Under the pieces are notes generated by a model, which was not told where the DNA came from, ran no database searches, and worked only from the letters and a program-made list of their open reading frames with translations. Made by a program: the position numbers and the translations under genes. Of a stretch of DNA of 64,000 nucleotides, positions 27,835 through 37,185 are shown piece by piece. Every line of letters begins with the position of its first letter. The stretch's first letter is position 1. The stretch is taken from assembly GCF_020439865.1 (NCBI RefSeq), contig NZ_JAGRPF010000073.1, positions 10,927 through 74,926 on the forward strand. The letters are read 5' to 3'. Source of the stretch: Prosthecobacter sp. GTDB lineage: Bacteria > Verrucomicrobiota > Verrucomicrobiia > Verrucomicrobiales > Verrucomicrobiaceae.

Positions 27835-28686
27835 TCACGGCACCGGCTCACCGGAACCCGGATAGATCCAGCGCAGTACTTTGCCGTTGCGAACGTGCGC
27901 CTGCGCCTCGGCATCGATGGGACCGCAGAAGGCCATCGTTTCGTAGAACACGCTCACGGCCCAGGTGGGCTGATTGTCGATGGTGGTGGCCTGCGGCGTG
28001 CCCCAGCGCTGAATTTTGTTCAGCTTGATGTCGGTGACCTGGCCTGACTTCATGCTGGCGAGCAGCAGATCGTAGCTGCCATCAGCATTGCGCTTCGGCC
28101 TGCCTGCCGCATCCACGGCGTTGGGCATGCTGACGCTCGCAGATCCGCCTGCAGCCTGCTGTTTCTTCCATGCGGCCTGGGCGATCTCGATGCGCCCTCG
28201 TTTCCAGCGCTCATAGGATTCACGCACCTGCGTGGGCATGTCCGTGTCATGCACAAAGATCTGCCCGCGTGCCTGCGAGGTTTCCGTGGGCGCCACGAGC
28301 AGCACGTTTGCCTGAGCGGCCAGTGCATACGCCGTGGATCCCGCCGGAAGGGTGGAACTGCCGCCCGGCATGCGCAACTGCACCGGCTTGCTCAGCTTGA
28401 TCTGGCGTGGAAAAGCCGTGGGAGGAAACACGGTCCAGTTTTTCGTCAGCGATTCGAGTGACTCGATCTGCGGCGGCACAAAGCCGTCACCTTGCACAAC
28501 CGGGGCAGGGGAGTTGGTCTCGATGTGTGGCGCGGGTGTGCTGTAAACCGTCCGCGCCGGCGGCGAGTTCTGCGGTTTGTATGGCGGATTCTCAAACACC
28601 ACGCGCTGTCCAGCAGGTGCGACGAAGCGGTCGTAGATCAAAAACGCCGAAACGAAGATCAGGATAGTGATGAACAGCGCTTTCAT
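27835..28686 (-). CDS. Hypothetical membrane-anchored protein
   Basis: N-terminal hydrophobic helix, Pro-rich linker, host-like codon usage. Confidence 0.75.
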   Translation of the reverse strand: MKALFITILIFVSAFLIYDRFVAPAGQRVVFENPPYKPQNSPPARTVYSTPAPHIETNSPAPVVQGDGFVPPQIESLESLTKNWTVFPPTAFPRQIKLSKPVQLRMPGGSSTLPAGSTAYALAAQANVLLVAPTETSQARGQIFVHDTDMPTQVRESYERWKRGRIEIAQAAWKKQQAAGGSASVSMPNAVDAAGRPKRNADGSYDLLLASMKSGQVTDIKLNKIQRWGTPQATTIDNQPTWAVSVFYETMAFCGPIDAEAQAHVRNGKVLRWIYPGSGEPVP

Positions 28687-28698
28687 GGGCGGGGACGG

Positions 28699-29541
28699 TC
28701 AGGCTTTGAAACCTGCCAGCCGCACGCCAAACAACCAGCGAAAAGGAGGCTTGAGGGCGATCGCCTTGCGCAGGCCGTGGGGCAGCATTGAGAGCAGCTT
28801 TTCGCAGATCACCGCCGGCCACGTGGGCAAAAGCATGAACTTTCCGCGTCCGCCGAAGATGATACGAATTTTGGCGAAACCCACGGAACGGAACAGCGCC
28901 GAGAGATCGTCCACCGTGTATTCCTTGAGGTGAAATCCCGTCGCCTCATCATCGAACACGCAGCTGATGTCATGCGGTCCTGTCAGGCGGCTTGGGGTGA
29001 TGCAGAGATAGACACCGCCGGGCGCCAGCGCGGCATGCAGGTGGCGGAGCTGCTCCACGGCATCGTCGGGATGCAGATGCTCCATCAGCTGGTTGCTGTA
29101 GGCCACGTTCACACTATTCGGCTCCACGGGAATCGTGCTGCCATCGGAGAGAACGAGCTGCAGGTTGTCCGGCAGGGTGCGCTTGCGGGTGATTTCGTCG
29201 GAGACATCCACCGCGAGCACTCGTGCGACTTTCTCGGCCACTGCTTTGGCAAATTCGCAATCGCCAGGGCCGACTTCGAGAAACACGGTTTTGGAAGTCA
29301 AAAAAGGCGCGACGATCTCCATCTTTTCCGCCACATCGGCGGCGAGCCGCCCGGCGTCGGCCTTGTTGGTGTGCTGCGGATGCAGCGGCACGCGTTTGAA
29401 AAGCTCGTCGTAAACCTCGGAATACAGCGTGCGGCGCTGCTCCTTGGAGGCGCGTCGCAGACGGTCGGCGAGCTCGCGCTCCACCTCGTAGTGCTGACGG
29501 AGCTGCTCAAGAGTGCGTGTTTCGGTGACGGTGACGGGCAT
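28699..29541 (-). CDS. Class I SAM-dependent methyltransferase
   Basis: FLEVGPGDC motif I, AVDVS, QLMEHLHP, LAPGG. Confidence 0.88.
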   Translation of the reverse strand: MPVTVTETRTLEQLRQHYEVERELADRLRRASKEQRRTLYSEVYDELFKRVPLHPQHTNKADAGRLAADVAEKMEIVAPFLTSKTVFLEVGPGDCEFAKAVAEKVARVLAVDVSDEITRKRTLPDNLQLVLSDGSTIPVEPNSVNVAYSNQLMEHLHPDDAVEQLRHLHAALAPGGVYLCITPSRLTGPHDISCVFDDEATGFHLKEYTVDDLSALFRSVGFAKIRIIFGGRGKFMLLPTWPAVICEKLLSMLPHGLRKAIALKPPFRWLFGVRLAGFKA

Positions 29542-29549
29542 GCGGGAGA

Positions 29550-29620
29550 AAGCTACGCGCCAGATTCGTTTCGGGCAAGGACTCGCACTTCCTTGCTCAT
29601 TCGCCGTGGCGAATTAGCAT
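29550..29620. promoter_or_regulatory. Back-to-back sigma70-like promoters, both apparently leaderless
   Basis: Minus: TTGCCC-N17-TAGCTT-N8-ATG(29541). Plus: TTGCTC-N16-TAGCAT-N7-ATG(29628). The plus spacer is itself the palindrome ATTCGCC-GT-GGCGAAT. Confidence 0.55.
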
Positions 29621-29627
29621 GGGGACA

Positions 29628-30599
29628 ATGCTGAAACACCTCCTTCTGCTCTGCTCGCTCGCTGTCGCGGTTCACGCTCAGGATACGGGGCCTGCCAAAG
29701 ACGACCCTCTCGTTCCCAGGGAGCGTGACACGGTGCTGCGCATTCAGATCTTCCTCGACCGGCACCTCTTCGGCCCCGGCAAGCTCGACGGCGCGGTCGG
29801 CGAGTTCACCTACAAGGCCGTGGTGAACTACAACTATGCGCATGGTTTCCGCGATCTTTACAACTGGAGCCGGATTCAGGAGGCCGCTGAAGCCGAGGTG
29901 CCTGTCATCTTTGCCGCGTTCAAGATTCAGCCGATTCTGCTCAGGTATGTGACGAAGGATCTGCCTGAGGACTATGAGAAGGCATCGGTCTATCCGTTCA
30001 TGGCCTACCGCAGCCTTCTCGAGCTCGTCGCCGAACGCTTTCACACGGACGAGACTTTTCTGGCCGCCATCAATCCCGGCAAAAACCTCAATGCGCTCAA
30101 AGCCGGCGACATCGTCGTCGTGCCGAACGTGAGATCGTTCCGCATCGAGGAGATCAAGCCGATGCAGAGCTTCAAGACCGATGCGACGCTGAGCGCACAC
30201 ACGATTGTCGTCGATACTACCGAGCGCATGGCGGCGGTCTACAACGAGAAGGAGGTGATGCTGGCGGCTTTTCCCATCACGCCCGGCAAGCCGCAGTTCA
30301 TTCCCGTCGGCACGTGGAAGGTGCAGACCATGATGACGACGCCGAGCTTTCGCTACGACAAGCAGTTCCTCGAGGAAGGCGTGCGGGGGGACGAATCGTT
30401 TCAGATTCCTCCGGGACCGAACAGTCCCATCGGCATCATCTGGTGCGGCCTGAGCAAGTCCGGCATCGGACTGCACGGCACCGCTTTGCCGCGAACCATC
30501 GGCCGCACCCGCAGCGCGGGCTGCGTGCGCTTCGCCAACTGGGATGCCATCCGCCTTCCGCAACTCATCCGGCCAGGAACGCGCGTGATCGTGCGTTAA
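29628..30599 (+). CDS. L,D-transpeptidase (YkuD/ErfK family) with peptidoglycan-binding-like N-terminal region
   Basis: Signal peptide; QIFLDRHLFGPGKLDG; PGPNSPIG; GIGLHGT...SAGCVR catalytic His/Cys. Confidence 0.92.
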   Translation: MLKHLLLLCSLAVAVHAQDTGPAKDDPLVPRERDTVLRIQIFLDRHLFGPGKLDGAVGEFTYKAVVNYNYAHGFRDLYNWSRIQEAAEAEVPVIFAAFKIQPILLRYVTKDLPEDYEKASVYPFMAYRSLLELVAERFHTDETFLAAINPGKNLNALKAGDIVVVPNVRSFRIEEIKPMQSFKTDATLSAHTIVVDTTERMAAVYNEKEVMLAAFPITPGKPQFIPVGTWKVQTMMTTPSFRYDKQFLEEGVRGDESFQIPPGPNSPIGIIWCGLSKSGIGLHGTALPRTIGRTRSAGCVRFANWDAIRLPQLIRPGTRVIVR

Positions 30600-30608
30600 T
30601 CTCCCGCC

Positions 30609-32030
30609 ATGCCCCGCATTCTCATCGCCGGTCTTTTTCACGAGACGCACACCTTCCTCGACGGTCTCACCATGCCTGCGGATTTTCAGATCCGGCGTGG
30701 AGAGGAACTGTTCTCCTGCACAGGCGACGCCTCACCTCTCGGCGGTGTTCTGGAACTCGCGGAAGAGTTCGGCTGGGAGATGGTTCCTGCGGCCGATTAC
30801 CGAGCGCAGCCCTCGGCCACCGTCGCCGACGAGGTCATCGAACAGTTCTGGGCCGACATCGCACCCGCCGTTCGTGCGGGCTGTGACGCCATCTATCTGG
30901 TGCTGCATGGTGCCATGACGTCGCAGACGATCTTGGATGTCGAAGGCGAGATCCTTCGTCGCATCCGCGCCATCACGGGTGTGCCGATCTTCGGAGTCTT
31001 CGATCTGCACGCGAACTTTTCACCGCAGATGGCAGAGCTGGCGGACTGCCTCGTCGCCTACCGCGAGAATCCGCACACGGATGCGCGAGAGGCCGGGCTG
31101 ATCGCCGCACGTCTGCTGAATCGTTGTCTCACCACCGGAGATCGTCCGCGCATGCAGCTCAAACAGCCGGGCATCATCTGGCCGCCGACCGGCACGGGCA
31201 CGGCGAGCGATCCCATGCTCTCCCTCGAAGAAATGGCGCGGGAGTTTGAGCATGACGATGATTCGTTGTGGTCCATGAGCATCGTGGCGGGCTTCAGTTT
31301 TGCCGACACACCGGACACGGGCGTCAGCTTCGTCGCCTGCACCACGGGCGATGCGAAAGCGCAGCTCGAATCACTCGCCCAACGTGCTCGCGAACTCGCC
31401 AGCCTCGGGCAGATCACCGATCCTTCGGCAGACGAAGTGCTTGCCGGACTCAAGCCTCCTCCTCATGGCCTCACGGTTCTCGTGGAGCCCTCCGACAACA
31501 TCGGTGGCGGTGCGCCCGGCGACTGCACCGGACTGCTGCGTGCCTTGATCCGTCATGGCATCGTAAACGCCGCGATCTGTCTCTGCGATCCGCAGGCGGT
31601 GTGTGAGATCGAAGCCGGATCACGTCACATCAGCCTCGGCGGCAAAGGCAGCCGGCTCGATGCAGGACCTGTCGAATTGGACGTCGAACTCGTCGCCCTT
31701 AACGACGGACGTTTTGAACTCGAGGACAAGAACAGCCATCTCGCCAGCATGTGCGGTGATGTCTTTGACATGGGCCGCTGCGCGGTCGTGAAGCATGCAG
31801 GCATCACGATTCTCATTACCAGCGTGAAGACACCGCCCTTCGATCTCGGCCAGTGGCACAGCCAGGGCGTCGCCGTGGAAGAGCTTTCCATCGTCGCCGT
31901 CAAAGCCGCCGTGGCCCATCGTCGCGCCTACGACAAGATCGCCGCGCGCATGCTCTGGGTGGACACACCGGGCCCGTGCAGCAGCAATTTGAAGGCGCTG
32001 CCGTACAAGTTTGCGCGTGTTGGAGGATAG
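30609..32030 (+). CDS. M81 family metallopeptidase (MlrC-like)
   Basis: HETHTF, YLVLHGAM, DLHAN, YRENPHTD, DNIGGGAPGD, AVKAAVAHR motifs. Confidence 0.9.
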   Translation: MPRILIAGLFHETHTFLDGLTMPADFQIRRGEELFSCTGDASPLGGVLELAEEFGWEMVPAADYRAQPSATVADEVIEQFWADIAPAVRAGCDAIYLVLHGAMTSQTILDVEGEILRRIRAITGVPIFGVFDLHANFSPQMAELADCLVAYRENPHTDAREAGLIAARLLNRCLTTGDRPRMQLKQPGIIWPPTGTGTASDPMLSLEEMAREFEHDDDSLWSMSIVAGFSFADTPDTGVSFVACTTGDAKAQLESLAQRARELASLGQITDPSADEVLAGLKPPPHGLTVLVEPSDNIGGGAPGDCTGLLRALIRHGIVNAAICLCDPQAVCEIEAGSRHISLGGKGSRLDAGPVELDVELVALNDGRFELEDKNSHLASMCGDVFDMGRCAVVKHAGITILITSVKTPPFDLGQWHSQGVAVEELSIVAVKAAVAHRRAYDKIAARMLWVDTPGPCSSNLKALPYKFARVGG

Positions 32031-32096
32031 GCCTCCAGCCTTTGCAATTCGGAGAGCTCGACACCTCGTCGCTGTCAGACTGAAAGTTTGACCTCC
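32022..32096. repeat. Second inverted pair of GGAG-tagged REP-like units
   Basis: GGAGGATAGGCCTCCAGCCTTTGC on plus and GGAGGTCAAACTTTCAGTCTGAC on minus; similar to the 27779-27832 units. Confidence 0.5.
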
Positions 32097-32154
32097 TGAT
32101 TTCACCCCAAGAGGATTCCGGATTCAACGTCATGCCGCGTGACATCACGCCGCC

Positions 32155-33822
32155 ATGAACACGCACGATCCCCGCCAGCCCTCGCCGCAGAACTATCCAG
32201 TGCCACCGGGATGGGAGCGGTTTCAGCCGCCGCCGAACATGACGGAGCCTGTGGTGCAGGCGGTGATCGCAGAGGTGCCAGTTGCGGAACTTGCTCCGGA
32301 ACTGCCCAAGGCCTCGGCGGTCATTCGATTCTGGCGTCAGATCGGTGGTGGGTCGCTAATGCTGAGCATCGGCGTGCATGCGGCGTTGCTGGTGCTTGCG
32401 GGAGCTGTGTTGATCAGCACGCAGGCATTGAAGCCTCCTCCTGATTTTCTTCCGGCCGGCCGGAATGAAGCGGGTGAGCAGGCTTCACGTGCTTTGGCGG
32501 AGCATGTGCAGGTGAGGCATCAGGCATCGCTGGCAAATCGGCAGCCGGTAACGCGTCTCGCAATCGACGGTCCCTCTGATCTGCCTTTGCCAGATGTGGC
32601 TGCGGCAATGCTTCCAGAGTCAGGGCTGGATGGCGGAAGCATGGGCGGCAGGCTGTCATCCAGTACCGTTTCGAGCCAGGCGGTTGGATGGAACGGCCAG
32701 GGACCTGCAAACTGGCTTCCGGGGATGCCGAAGATGTTTGTATCACGCTGTTCGGACCAGGGCCGCATTGAAAAGCTGCGGCAGAATGGCGGAACGCCGG
32801 AGTGTGAAATGGCGGTGTCGCGTTCACTTGAGTGGTTGAAGTCGCAGCAGAACACCGATGGTTCCTGGGGACGTTCGAACAAGGCGGCGATGACCGGTTT
32901 GACGCTGCTCTGTTTTCTTGGGCGCTGCGAGACTCCTGAGTCGCCTTTTTTCGGCGACAACGTGCGCAACGGCATGCTCTACCTCGTCGAACTCGCGCGG
33001 AATAGCCCGCACGGCATTTTGTCGGAGCAGCCGCAGTCGAATTCCGCGACGTACGAGCATGGCATCGCGACGTATGCGCTCGGAGAGATGTATTCCTTCT
33101 ACCGTCTCGGGAACAGCAGTCTTCCCGGACTGCGTGAGGCGTTTGAAGAGGGTGTCCGGCTCATCATCGAACAACAGAATCGCCGAGGTGCGTGGACCTA
33201 TGGCGGCAAGGATGCGGGCATGCCGAATGCCTACAACAAGGACAGTGCAGGGGAGGACTTGTCGGTCACGGGCTGGCAGTACCAGGCGCTCAAAGCCGCA
33301 AAGCATTCGGGGCTGAAGTTTGCCGGACTCGACGATTCGATCAAACGCTGCTGCGACTATCTGGAAACAAAGCAGACCAAGGACGGAGGCTTCGGGAAGA
33401 TGAATCGAGATGCGCACTATAATCAATGGAGTCTGACCGGTTGCGGCGTGCTGGGCCTGCAAACGCTGGCGAAGAACAAGGGAACGCCGGTGAAGAAGGG
33501 AATCCGCTTCCTTCGCGATTTCCTCACCAGTGAACCGCTCGACTGGGAGCGGAACTGCAATCTCTACTGCTGGTATTACTACACGCAGGCGTTCTTCCAG
33601 GCAGGCGGTGACGACTGGAAGTTTTACAACGCGCAGTTTCTGCCGCAGGTGCTTGGCGCGCAGCAGGCGGACGGCTCGTTCAAACGTGGGCGGCCGAACT
33701 GGCCTGCGGGTGACGCGGCGGACGCGATCTACCGCCAGTGCCTGTGCACGTTGCAGCTCGAAGTGTATTACCGCTATCTCAAGGTGGCGGACCGGGAGGA
33801 GGATTCGATCTTTGAGAAGTAG
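32155..33822 (+). CDS. Membrane-anchored prenyltransferase/squalene-oxidase-repeat protein (PVC type)
   Basis: TM segment SLMLSIGVHAALLVL; LEWLKSQQNTDGSW, YEHGIATYALGE, DLSVTGWQYQAL, YYWYY-like and QQADGSF repeats. Confidence 0.85.
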   Translation: MNTHDPRQPSPQNYPVPPGWERFQPPPNMTEPVVQAVIAEVPVAELAPELPKASAVIRFWRQIGGGSLMLSIGVHAALLVLAGAVLISTQALKPPPDFLPAGRNEAGEQASRALAEHVQVRHQASLANRQPVTRLAIDGPSDLPLPDVAAAMLPESGLDGGSMGGRLSSSTVSSQAVGWNGQGPANWLPGMPKMFVSRCSDQGRIEKLRQNGGTPECEMAVSRSLEWLKSQQNTDGSWGRSNKAAMTGLTLLCFLGRCETPESPFFGDNVRNGMLYLVELARNSPHGILSEQPQSNSATYEHGIATYALGEMYSFYRLGNSSLPGLREAFEEGVRLIIEQQNRRGAWTYGGKDAGMPNAYNKDSAGEDLSVTGWQYQALKAAKHSGLKFAGLDDSIKRCCDYLETKQTKDGGFGKMNRDAHYNQWSLTGCGVLGLQTLAKNKGTPVKKGIRFLRDFLTSEPLDWERNCNLYCWYYYTQAFFQAGGDDWKFYNAQFLPQVLGAQQADGSFKRGRPNWPAGDAADAIYRQCLCTLQLEVYYRYLKVADREEDSIFEK

Positions 33823-33860
33823 TGCGACGGGAGTGTTCATCGCACTCCAGATGTCACACC

Positions 33861-34721
33861 TCAGTCAAACACCACGGTCTTGTTCTTGAAGACCAGCACG
33901 CGATCGCGCACGTGCCACCACAGCGCCTTGGCGAGCACGGTTTTTTCCAGGTCACGGCCGAGGCGGACGAGATCGCTCACGCTGTCCTCGTGGCTGACAC
34001 GCATGACGTCCTGATGGATGATCGGCCCCTCGTCGAGATCTGCGGTGACGTAGTGGCTGGTCGCGCCGATGATTTTCACGCCGCGCTGGAAGGCCTGATG
34101 GTAGGGCTTGGCACCGACGAACGCGGGCAGGAAGCTGTGGTGGATGTTGAGGATGCGGTTGGGAAACTCCGCGATCATCGCCGGGCTGATGATCTGCATG
34201 TAGCGGGCCAGCACGACGGTGTCGATGCGATGCTGGCGCAGCAGTTCGATCTGCGCGGCTTCCTGCTGCGCCTTGTTGTCCTTGGTGATCGGAAAATGAT
34301 GGAACGGGATGCCGAAGCGGTCCGCCGCAGGCCGCAGGGTCTCGTGATTGGCCACGATGAGCGGGATGTCCACGGGCAGGTCGCCGGATTCATGCCGGGC
34401 GAGGAGGTCGTAAAGACAGTGGTTCTCCTTGGTGACGAAGAGGGCGACGCGTTTGCGCTGGCTGGCAAAGCTCAGGCGCATCTGCATCTGATGGCGGCGG
34501 GCCATTGGCTGCAGGCGGGCCTCGATCTCCTCGCTTTCGAGCGTGAAGTTCTCCAGGCTCCATTCCAGGCGCATGAAGAAGGCGTTCTGCTCCTCGTCGA
34601 TGTGCTGCTGGAGGTCGATGATGTTGCCCTGATGCGAGGAGATGAATCCGGTCACATCATGCACGAGCCCGGGACGGTCCGGGCAGTGGATGAGCAGCGT
34701 GGCGATGTCGGGAGAGGCCAT
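33861..34721 (-). CDS. purU: Formyltetrahydrofolate deformylase
   Basis: ACT domain HCPDRPGLV; VLARYMQI, INIHHSFLPAFVGAKPY, GVKIIGATSHYVT.DLDEGPII. Confidence 0.97.
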   Translation of the reverse strand: MASPDIATLLIHCPDRPGLVHDVTGFISSHQGNIIDLQQHIDEEQNAFFMRLEWSLENFTLESEEIEARLQPMARRHQMQMRLSFASQRKRVALFVTKENHCLYDLLARHESGDLPVDIPLIVANHETLRPAADRFGIPFHHFPITKDNKAQQEAAQIELLRQHRIDTVVLARYMQIISPAMIAEFPNRILNIHHSFLPAFVGAKPYHQAFQRGVKIIGATSHYVTADLDEGPIIHQDVMRVSHEDSVSDLVRLGRDLEKTVLAKALWWHVRDRVLVFKNKTVVFD

Positions 34722-34730
34722 GAGACGGGA

Positions 34731-35513
34731 CTAGGAGCGGAGAGCCGGGAACCGTGTGCAAACGCCGCCGCCTTCGACGAGGGCGGGGATCTGTTCGGCG
34801 TGACGTCCGGAGGCGATGATGCATTCGACGCCGCCGTGAACGGCGTCCTGGACGGCGCGCAGTTTGGAGATCATGCCGCCGGTGCCGAGCGTGGATTTCT
34901 CCTCCTCGGCATGATGAATCACTTCATCCACGTCGGCGACGACGGGAATGGGGCCTTCCTCGGGCTTTTTCGTGTCGCGCAGCAGGCCGGGCGCGCTGGT
35001 GAGGAGGATGAGCACGTCCGCGCCCCAAAAACGGGCCACGCGGGAGGAGAGCTTGTCGTTGTCGCCGTAGCGCAGTTCCTCGATGGCCACGGAGTCGTTT
35101 TCATTGATGACCGGCACGACCTGGGAGAACTCGATGAGGCGGTCGAGCACCGCCTTCATGCGCGGCGCACGTTCGGCGTTTTCGAAGTCCTCATGCGTGA
35201 CGAGAAGCTGGGCCACATGCAGACCATGATCCCGCAGCAGGGATTCGTAGGCGTGCATCAGATGCGTCTGTCCCACGGCGGCCAGGGCCTGAAGCGTCGT
35301 CACATCGGAAGGGCGCTGCTTGAACTCGAGCGGTTTGAGACCGGAGGCGACGGCGCCGCTGCTGACCACCACGACGGAATGGCCGGCGCGTTTGAGCAAC
35401 GCGATGGCTTCGACCAGTTTGCGCAGTTGCACAGGATCCGGTTCCGGCGCGTCAGTACGCGTGAGAATGCCGGAGCCGAATTTGAGAACGATGCGCTTTG
35501 GGGCCGATGCCAT
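34731..35513 (-). CDS. proB: Glutamate 5-kinase (no PUA domain)
   Basis: IVLKFGSG, VSSGAVASG, AAVGQ, VPVINEND, GDNDKLS, GTGGMISKL. Confidence 0.95.
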   Translation of the reverse strand: MASAPKRIVLKFGSGILTRTDAPEPDPVQLRKLVEAIALLKRAGHSVVVVSSGAVASGLKPLEFKQRPSDVTTLQALAAVGQTHLMHAYESLLRDHGLHVAQLLVTHEDFENAERAPRMKAVLDRLIEFSQVVPVINENDSVAIEELRYGDNDKLSSRVARFWGADVLILLTSAPGLLRDTKKPEEGPIPVVADVDEVIHHAEEEKSTLGTGGMISKLRAVQDAVHGGVECIIASGRHAEQIPALVEGGGVCTRFPALRS

Positions 35514-35643
35514 GAGTCAGAGGGGAACGAAGGGCGGCGAATATGGCGGGATGCATCGCGATGCAAAGGGCAAACCCACGCGTTTACCCACTTCTTGGGC
35601 GGACTCGAAGGTATGCTCTCCCGATCTTTCTCGACCTTCGATC

Positions 35644-37089
35644 TCAAAGTTCCCCCATGCCGCCGCGTTTGATCCAGGCGTTGAGGGGTTCGAAGGGCGT
35701 CACGTCGAGGGTGATGCCGCTGCCGAAGGGGGCGCTGTTCACGCTGCTGAGATCTAGAGAACCGTTTTCGATGCGCAGGGTGGCGAAGCCCTCGGCGTGA
35801 CGGTGGTAGAGGCCGGCGTGTTGGTGGAGCATGGCCTCTTGAACGGTGGAGGAGTGCATGCTGAGGCCACGGAAGTAGTGATGGCCGTTGCGCTCGACGT
35901 GCGTGATGCCGAGCAGGGCCATGACGCTCAAGTCCTGCAGCAGCGCGACGGGGCCGACGTTGGCTAGGTCTTCGCCGCTGAGCAGGGGGCCGCCGGGGAT
36001 GGCGGTGGCGCGTTTCTTCAGCAGCGCAGCATTGGCGAGGCCCTTGACGATGCCTTTGCAATTCTTGTGGCTGGTGCCGCGGTAGCCGAGGTCGAGGGCG
36101 CGTGGCAGGTCGGCGAGGGCGCCGTCGCTCTCATCGATGATCATGCCGGGGCCGTCGGTCCAGGAATGCAGCGTGCTGGCGACGTCTTCGTTCAAGGCCT
36201 TGGAGCGTTGCAGGGGCTGCTCAATCAGGAGCAGGTACTGGAACAAGGGCGCGAGCGCGGCGTCGGCGCTGAGCGTAGCGTAGAAGTCGCGGAAGCTGGC
36301 GAGGTCGTCGAACTGCTCGTTGCCATCGAGCGTGGCGTGAAAGCCGTCCGGGCAGTTGGCGGTGATGATACGGGTGATTTCGCGCAGGCGCGGCAGGTCG
36401 GTCTCGGGCCTGCCGCAGACCTTGATCTTGAAATAGCGCAGGCCGTAGGCGCGGATGTTTTCCTCCAGCGTGTAGGGCAGGCCGTCGTCGAGTGTGCCGT
36501 CCGCCACGGTGAGGGGATCGCCCAAGCCGACGGTGTGCCGTGCAAACACGTGCGCGAGCGGCTGTGGCGCGATGACATCGCTCACGCGCAAGCCGCGCAA
36601 CTCCTCGCGCACGGCACCGAGATCAATGCCGAGCACGTCCGAACGCAGCACGGCATGCAGAGGCTGGCCGAGCGCCTTGCACAGGCCGTCAAGCACGGCG
36701 CGCTCGATCAGACTGACGCCGAGATTCGCGAGCAGCGGCGGCACCTCCTTAACCTGCGCCCAGTTCGTCTGCTCCGCATACAGGTTCTGCCACCAAGCGA
36801 AGAAGCCGGTGTCCTTCTCTGCCGCGAGGCGTCCGATGCGCGAGGCGTTTTGAATCACCGCGATCATCTCCGCGAGGTCGATCTCGAACAGCGTGTCCGG
36901 ATTCTTCGTGAACCACTTCGGCGGCAGGCCTTCAGTGGCGAGCCCGCTCACGGCGTTGCCATCCACGACGAGATTCACCGTCACAAACAGATGCGGCAGG
37001 GCGCTCATGCTGGCGATGCCATACTTGAACGGAAACCGCGTGTGCATGGGCAGCACGTGGAACTGGAGGGACTCGATTCGGAAAGTCAT
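35644..37089 (-). CDS. Enolase-superfamily (MR/MLE-like) enzyme of unknown substrate
   Basis: YFKIKV (KxK), LDGNEQ, IEQP, IDESD and HKNCKG fit enolase-superfamily barrel ligands. Confidence 0.75.
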   Translation of the reverse strand: MTFRIESLQFHVLPMHTRFPFKYGIASMSALPHLFVTVNLVVDGNAVSGLATEGLPPKWFTKNPDTLFEIDLAEMIAVIQNASRIGRLAAEKDTGFFAWWQNLYAEQTNWAQVKEVPPLLANLGVSLIERAVLDGLCKALGQPLHAVLRSDVLGIDLGAVREELRGLRVSDVIAPQPLAHVFARHTVGLGDPLTVADGTLDDGLPYTLEENIRAYGLRYFKIKVCGRPETDLPRLREITRIITANCPDGFHATLDGNEQFDDLASFRDFYATLSADAALAPLFQYLLLIEQPLQRSKALNEDVASTLHSWTDGPGMIIDESDGALADLPRALDLGYRGTSHKNCKGIVKGLANAALLKKRATAIPGGPLLSGEDLANVGPVALLQDLSVMALLGITHVERNGHHYFRGLSMHSSTVQEAMLHQHAGLYHRHAEGFATLRIENGSLDLSSVNSAPFGSGITLDVTPFEPLNAWIKRGGMGEL

Positions 37090-37113
37090 GCGGGACAGGA
37101 GCGTCAACGGTCA

Positions 37114-37185
37114 GGAGGTCAAGCAGTCAAGGTGCGCGACCCTTGAGCAATCTGACCTTTGATTCCTTGACGAGGCTCCGCCTCC
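37114..37185. repeat. GGAGG-bounded palindromic element between smc and the enolase-like gene
   Basis: Inverted GGAGG...CCTCC ends with an internal AGGTCA..TCAAGG/CCTTGA..TGACCT stem. Confidence 0.45.

Noticed and set aside
33822-35672. 616-aa plus-strand ORF
   Set aside because: Lies entirely antisense to purU and proB, which have convincing motifs.
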